NCBI GenBank assembly: GCA_002269645.1
Contig: NIVC01003219.1
Coordinates: forward strand, 1-64,000
Source of the DNA: Macrostomum lignano
Lineage: Eukaryota
Direction of reading: 5' to 3'
Length of the DNA: 64,000 nt
Numbering within the stretch: the first letter of the stretch is position 1; the number at the start of each line of letters is the position of its first letter. The position numbers and the translations under genes were made by a program. Below the pieces are notes generated by a model. It saw only the letters and a list, made by a program, of their open reading frames with translations, searched no databases and had not been told where the DNA came from. This document shows positions 59,301 through 64,000 of the stretch, in pieces.

Positions 59301-61780
59301 AGCAGGTGATTGTGACGGTTCTGTACTGAAAAGCAGGTGATTGTGACGGTTCTGTACTAAAAAGCAGATGATTGTGATTGTGATTGTGATTGTGATTGTG
59401 ACGATTCTGTACTGAAAAGCAGGTGATTGTGACGGTTCTGTACTGAAAATCAGGTGATTATGGCGGTTCTGTACTAAAAAACAGGTGATTGTGACGGTTC
59501 TGTACTGAAAAGCAGGTGATTGTGATTGTGACGGTTCTGTACTGAAAAGCAGATGATTGTGACGGTTCTGTACTAAAAAGCAGATGATTGTGATTGTGAT
59601 TGTGACGGTTCTGTACTAAAAAGCAGATGATTGTGATTGTGATTGTGACGGTTCTGTACTAAAAAGCAGATGATTGTGATTGTGATTGTGACGGTTCTGT
59701 ACTGAAAAGCAGATGTTTCTTTTAGCGAGAGTAATTTGATACAATTTTCAATGATTTGAAAATTGTATCATATTGTTTATTAGTGTAATTCTAATCTAGT
59801 TTAAATTGATGTATTTTATCTTCTGTTTTATAAGCTAGAGTAATAATATTTCTCTGCTTGTTTATTTTATTATTTGCAACAGACAATTAATGTTTGTTTG
59901 TTTATGCTGTAGCTATATAGTTCATTTATTAAGAGTTGTGCCTCTGTTTAATGTTATATTATCGATACATGCATGATATGTCTTTTTTAAGCTACTACTT
60001 AAATAAATTTTTATTAACCATTTTAGGAGTCGAACTTCGCTAATCGAATCCTCAGTATTCCTGTGCATCAGCCTGATTGCCAAATCCGTTGGCACACATT
60101 TGGAACGGGGCACTATGAAGGAGCTGCTAGATTCCATGTTTGCTAGTGGTCTCAGGTGAGCTTATTGTTATTGCTCTCTTGTCAGGTGTTTTGGAATTCT
60201 CGTAGAATGTCTTCTGGTCTAACCTCATGGTCCTAGCTACTGTCAATCAGATATGGCGCTTTCAAATAAACTCATTTTCCTTCAGCTCTGGCGCTTTCCA
60301 ATAAACTCATTTTCCTTCAAATATGGCGCTTTCAAATAAACTCATTTTCCTTCAGATATGGCGCTTTCAAATAAACTCATTTTCCTTTAGATATGGCGCT
60401 TTCAAATAAACTCATTTTCCTTCAGCTCTGTGGCTTTCAAGTAAACTCATTTTCCTTCAGCTCTATCGCTTTCAAATAAACTCATTTTCCTTCAGCTCTA
60501 TCGCTTTCAAATAAACTCATTTTCCTTCAGCTCTATCGCTTTCAAATAAACTCATTTTTCTTCAGCTCTATCGCTTTCAAATAAACTCATTTTCCATCAG
60601 ATATGGCGCTTTCAAATAAACTCATTTCCTTCAGCTCTGTCACTTTCAAATAAACTCATTTTCTTTCAGTTTTGTCGCTTTCAAATAAACTCATTTTCCT
60701 TCAGCTCTGTCGCTTTCAAATAAACTCATTTTCCATCAGATATGGCGCTTTCAAATAAACTCATTTTCCTTCAGCTCTGTCACTTTCAAATAAACTCATT
60801 TTCCTTCAGTTTTGTCGCTTTCAAATAAACTCATTTTCCATCAGATATGGCGCTTTCAAATAAACTCATTTCCTTCAGCTCTGTCACTTTCAAATAAACT
60901 CATTTTCCTTCAGATATGGCGCTTTCAAATAAACTCATTTTCCTTCAGATATGGCGCTTTCAAATAAACTCATTTCCTTCAGCTCTGTCACTTTCAAATA
61001 AACTCATTTTCTTTCAGTTTTGTCGCTTTCAAATAAACTCATTTTCCTTCAGCTCTGTCGCTTTCAAATAAACTCATTTTCCTTCAGCTCTGTCACTTTC
61101 AAATAAACTCATTTTCCTTCAGTTTTGTCGCTTTCAAATAAACTCATTTTCCATCAGATATGGCGCTTTCAAATAAACTCATTTCCTTCAGCTCTGTCAC
61201 TTTCAAATAAACTCATTTTCCTTCAGATATGGCGCTTTCAAATAAACTCATTTTCCTTCAGATATGGCGCTTTCAAATAAAATTATTTTCCTTCAGCTCT
61301 GTCACTTTCAAATAAACTCATTTTCCTTCAGATATGGCGCTTTCAAATAAACTCATTTTCCTTCAGATATGGCGCTTTCAAATAAACTCATTTTCCTTCA
61401 GCTCTGTCGCTTTTAAATAAACTCATTTTCTCTAGCTCTGTGGCTTTCAAATAAACTCATTTTCCTTCCGATATCGCGCTTTCAATTGGACCCTGATCCA
61501 GTTACATAATTTTTTATGTTAATTGTTTTCAGTCCCGCACTGACCGAAGCCCTGAAGCAGCTGGCTCTGCAAATACCAGCTCTAAAGAAGGATATTCAGG
61601 ATGGCCTGTTAAAAATGCTCTCCCTAGTGCTCATGAACAAGCCATTGAGGCATCCGGCAGCCAGGATCTCCTCTACAATGATCTCGTCCGGTTCATTGGG
61701 TTCAAGCAGTTCCGATGTACTGCCAGATGCCACCAATATTGTGCTGGCACTGAGGACACTAGCTAATTTCGATTTTGAAG
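47317..61780 (+). CDS. MTOR: Serine/threonine-protein kinase mTOR, N-terminal HEAT region, partial; join(47317..47639,48937..49147,49832..50518,51310..51557,60027..60155,61533..61780), continues beyond the window
   Basis: Segments match TOR: LTSKNDETRAEA, GAVLAIVAL, DSKQAVREAA, HGSLLLLNEL, VESVCCR, ILPRLAAF, VFLCISLIA, QIPALKKDIQDGLLKMLSLVLMNKPLRHP and LALRTLANFDFEG. All junctions are GT..AG with consistent phases (about 615 codons). Confidence 0.95.
47731..47990 (+). mobile_element. tRNA-derived SINE with CORE-like central domain in mTOR intron 1
   Basis: Pol III A box (TGGTTAGAGCATCGG) and B box (GGTTCGATTC), followed by GTGCCATTGAGCAAGGCACTTAACTCTGCATTGCTTCAGTTCACCCAGCTGTAAAATGGG, which resembles the MIR/CORE consensus as recalled (CTTGGGCAAGTCACTTAACC...CTCAGTTTCCTCATCTGTAAAATGGG). 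The 3' boundary is approximate. Confidence 0.75.
48001..48738. repeat. 138-bp direct repeats (48001-48138, 48601-48738) enclosing a TTACAGATGGTATTACAGACAC minisatellite
   Basis: The repeats are exactly 600 bp apart with three mismatches. Confidence 0.92.
49245..49720. repeat. Degenerate (CTAAT)-type short repeat in mTOR intron 2
   Basis: Many CTAAT/CTAATCTA motifs with irregular spacing. Confidence 0.75.
50554..51265. repeat. TTACAGA-based minisatellite (22- and ~32-bp units) filling mTOR intron 3
   Basis: Same family as 48139-48590. Confidence 0.93.
51722..52775. repeat. 12-bp minisatellite (CCCTAATCCAAT) in mTOR intron 4
   Basis: Read directly; variants include CCATAA and CGAATC. Confidence 0.94.
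53280..59714. repeat. 6.4-kb minisatellite, 31-bp unit (GTGATTGTGACGGTTCTGTACTGAAAAGCAG) with +6n GATTGT expansions, in mTOR intron 4
   Basis: About 200 copies by span/unit, with higher-order block duplication. Confidence 0.97.
60248..61485. repeat. 35-bp minisatellite (GCTTTCAAATAAACTCATTTTCCTTCAGATATGGC) in mTOR intron 5
   Basis: About 35 copies; two main variants (ATATGGC and CTCTGTC after CAG). Confidence 0.96.
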
Positions 61781-61800
61781 GTTTGATTTTTTTAAAGTTT

Positions 61801-62581
61801 TTTATGTAGCATCCCTGAAGCTTTATGTAGCATCCCTGAAGCTTAATGTAGCATCCCTGAAGCTTTATGTAGCATCCCTGAAGCTTTATGTAGCATCCCT
61901 GAAGCTTTATGTAGCATCCCTGAAGCTTTATGTAGCATCCCTGAAGCTTAATGTAGCATCCCTGAAGCTTTATGTAGCATCCCTGAAGCTTAATGTAGCA
62001 TCCCTGAAGCTTTATGTAGCATCCCTGAAGCTTAATGTAGCATCCCTGAAGCTTTATGTAGCATCCCTGCCCTGAAGCTTTATGTAGCATCCCTGAAGCT
62101 TAATGTAGCATCCCTGAAGCTTTATGTAGCATCCCTGAAGCTTTATGTAGCATCCCTGAAGCTTTATGTAGCATCCCTGAAGCTTTATGTAGCATCCCTG
62201 AAGCTTTATGTAGCATCCCTGAAGCTTTATGTAGCATCCCTGAAGCTTAATTTAGCATCCCTGAAGCTTTATGTAGCATCCCTGAAGCTTTATGTAGCAT
62301 CCCTGAAGCTTTATGTAGCATCCCTGAAGCTTAATTTAGCATCCCTGAAGCTTTATGTAGCATCCCTGAAGCTTTATGTAGCATCCCTGAAGCTTTATGT
62401 AGCATCCCTGAAGCTTTATGTAGCATCCCTGAAGCTTAATGTAGCATCCCTGAAGCTTTATGTAGCATCCCTGAAGCTTTATGTAGCATCCCTGAAGCTT
62501 TATGTAGCATCCCTGAAGCTTAATTTAGCATCCCTGAAGCTTAATTTAGCATCCCTGAAGCTTAATGTAGCATCCCTGAAG
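61801..62581. repeat. 21-bp minisatellite (TTTATGTAGCATCCCTGAAGC) in mTOR intron 6
   Basis: About 37 copies, starting 20 nt after the donor at 61781. Confidence 0.96.
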
Positions 62582-63154
62582 ATTATTTTAGCATTCCTTA
62601 ATATTTGTTCATTTAATTCTCTTTTAAATAACGTAACTGAAACTTGAAATTTTAGTATTGTAAATGGAATTGCATTTAGCATTTCATGGAATTACATTTA
62701 GTAAACAAATATTGCGAATTTCTAGTTGCTAAGTATGAAGACTACCCCCCCCCCCCTGTGATAGCAGCCAGTGTGCCACTGTGTTATTAAGATCCTCATG
62801 TCGTCAGCGGAGGGGAGCGTGCGTGAGAGATAGAAGGCAAGCACGAACTAGGAAGCTCAGTCTAGCTATGCTCATGAAGTTTGCTCAGACTCTTAAAAGC
62901 TAGCAGTTGCAATAAGTTATTATTTTGGCCTTCTTGTCTGTAATGCATGCTCGCTCAGGATTACACGCTTCATGACAGGGCTTTTGCAGCCAGATGGTGT
63001 TCTTATTTCTAGGTCCCTCTGTATTCCTTTCTGTTCCTTAAACATGTAATCTATTTTAGCTGCCTTGGTTCATCTTCAAGCCACTTCGAAATTGCCTTTT
63101 TCCAATTGGAGAATTGATCTGAAGATTTAGCCTGCTTTAAATATTTGTGACAAG

Positions 63155-64000
63155 TCGCCCTGACACAGAGAATAATCGCCCTGACACAGAAAATAATCGC
63201 CCTGACACAGAAAATAATCGCCCTGACACAGAAAATAATCGCCCTGACACAGAAAATAGTCGCCCTGACACAGAAAATAATCGCCCTGACACAGAAAATA
63301 ATCGCCCTGACACAGAAAATAACTCATATAAAAGAATCGCCCTGACTCATGAAAGAATCGTCCTGACTCATGAAAGAATCGCCCTGACTCATATAAAAGA
63401 ATCGCCCTGACACAGAAAATAATCGCCCTGACACAGAAAATAATCGCCCTGACACAGACAGTAGTCGCCCTGACTCATGAAAGAATTGCCCTGACTCATG
63501 AAAGAATCGTCCTGACTCATGAAAGAATCGCCCCGACTCATATAAAAGAATCGCCCTGACTCATGAAAGAATCGCCCTGACTCATGAAAGAATTGCCCTG
63601 ACTCATGAAAGAATTGCCCTGACTCATGAAAGAATCGTCCTGACTCATGAAAGAATCGCCCTGACTCATGAAAGAATCGTCCTGACTCATGAAAGAATCG
63701 CCCTGACTCATGAAAGAATCGCCCTGACTCATGAAAGAATCGTCCTGACTCATGAAAGAATCACCATGACTCATGAAAGAATCGCCCTGACTCATGAAAG
63801 AATCGCCCTGACTCATATAAAAGAATCGCCCTGACTCATGAAAGAATCGTCCTGACTCATGAAAGAATCGCCCTGACTCATATAAAAGAATCGCCCTGAC
63901 TCATAAAAGAATCGCCCTGACTCAAAAGAATCGCCCTGACTCATGAAAGAATCGCCCTGACTCAAAAGAATCGCCCTGACTCGTAAAAGAATCGCCCTGA
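63155..64000. repeat. 21-bp minisatellite, CGCCCTGACACAGAAAATAAT switching to CGCCCTGACTCATGAAAGAAT; truncated by window end
   Basis: Read directly. Confidence 0.95.

Noticed and set aside
53280-61485. CRISPR-like arrays (31-35-bp repeats)
   Set aside because: Units are head-to-tail without unique spacers, no cas genes are present, and the context is eukaryotic introns.
49245-64000. Enrichment of branch-point (CTRAY) motifs in sense-strand array units
   Set aside because: Only about 4 of 17 intronic arrays have it, too close to chance for a 5-mer.

Overview
Eukaryotic (metazoan) genomic DNA with GC-rich exons and introns filled with minisatellites. The style resembles a free-living flatworm such as Macrostomum, but that is an inference and the species cannot be fixed from the sequence. 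I reconstructed five spliced protein-coding genes with canonical GT-AG introns and consistent phases: ARMH1 (-, 4 exons), CCT5 (+, 6 exons), GET4 (+, 2 exons), a RING + coiled-coil + NHL-like beta-propeller gene ending in a polybasic-CaaX motif (-, 2 coding exons), and the first six coding exons of mTOR (+, continues past the window). About 22 different tandem arrays (12-55 bp units) occupy introns and intergenic DNA. Mobile DNA includes a full-length but frameshifted mariner in the GET4 intron, a tRNA-derived CORE-like SINE, a Mutator-like element with a nested MITE, a second MITE of that family, and a truncated non-LTR insertion. The most unusual signals are: (i) two sharply bounded CpG-void, TpA/CTAG-rich domains (CCT5 intron 1 and the 7 kb before mTOR), where paired transposon arms record CG>TG, CG>CA and CG>TA changes; (ii) the apparently prenylated RING-propeller protein; (iii) mTOR intronic arrays whose units are sense-strand splice-site and poly(A)-signal look-alikes. 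No rRNA, genuine tRNA gene or CRISPR array was found. All counts were made by eye or estimated as span divided by unit length.
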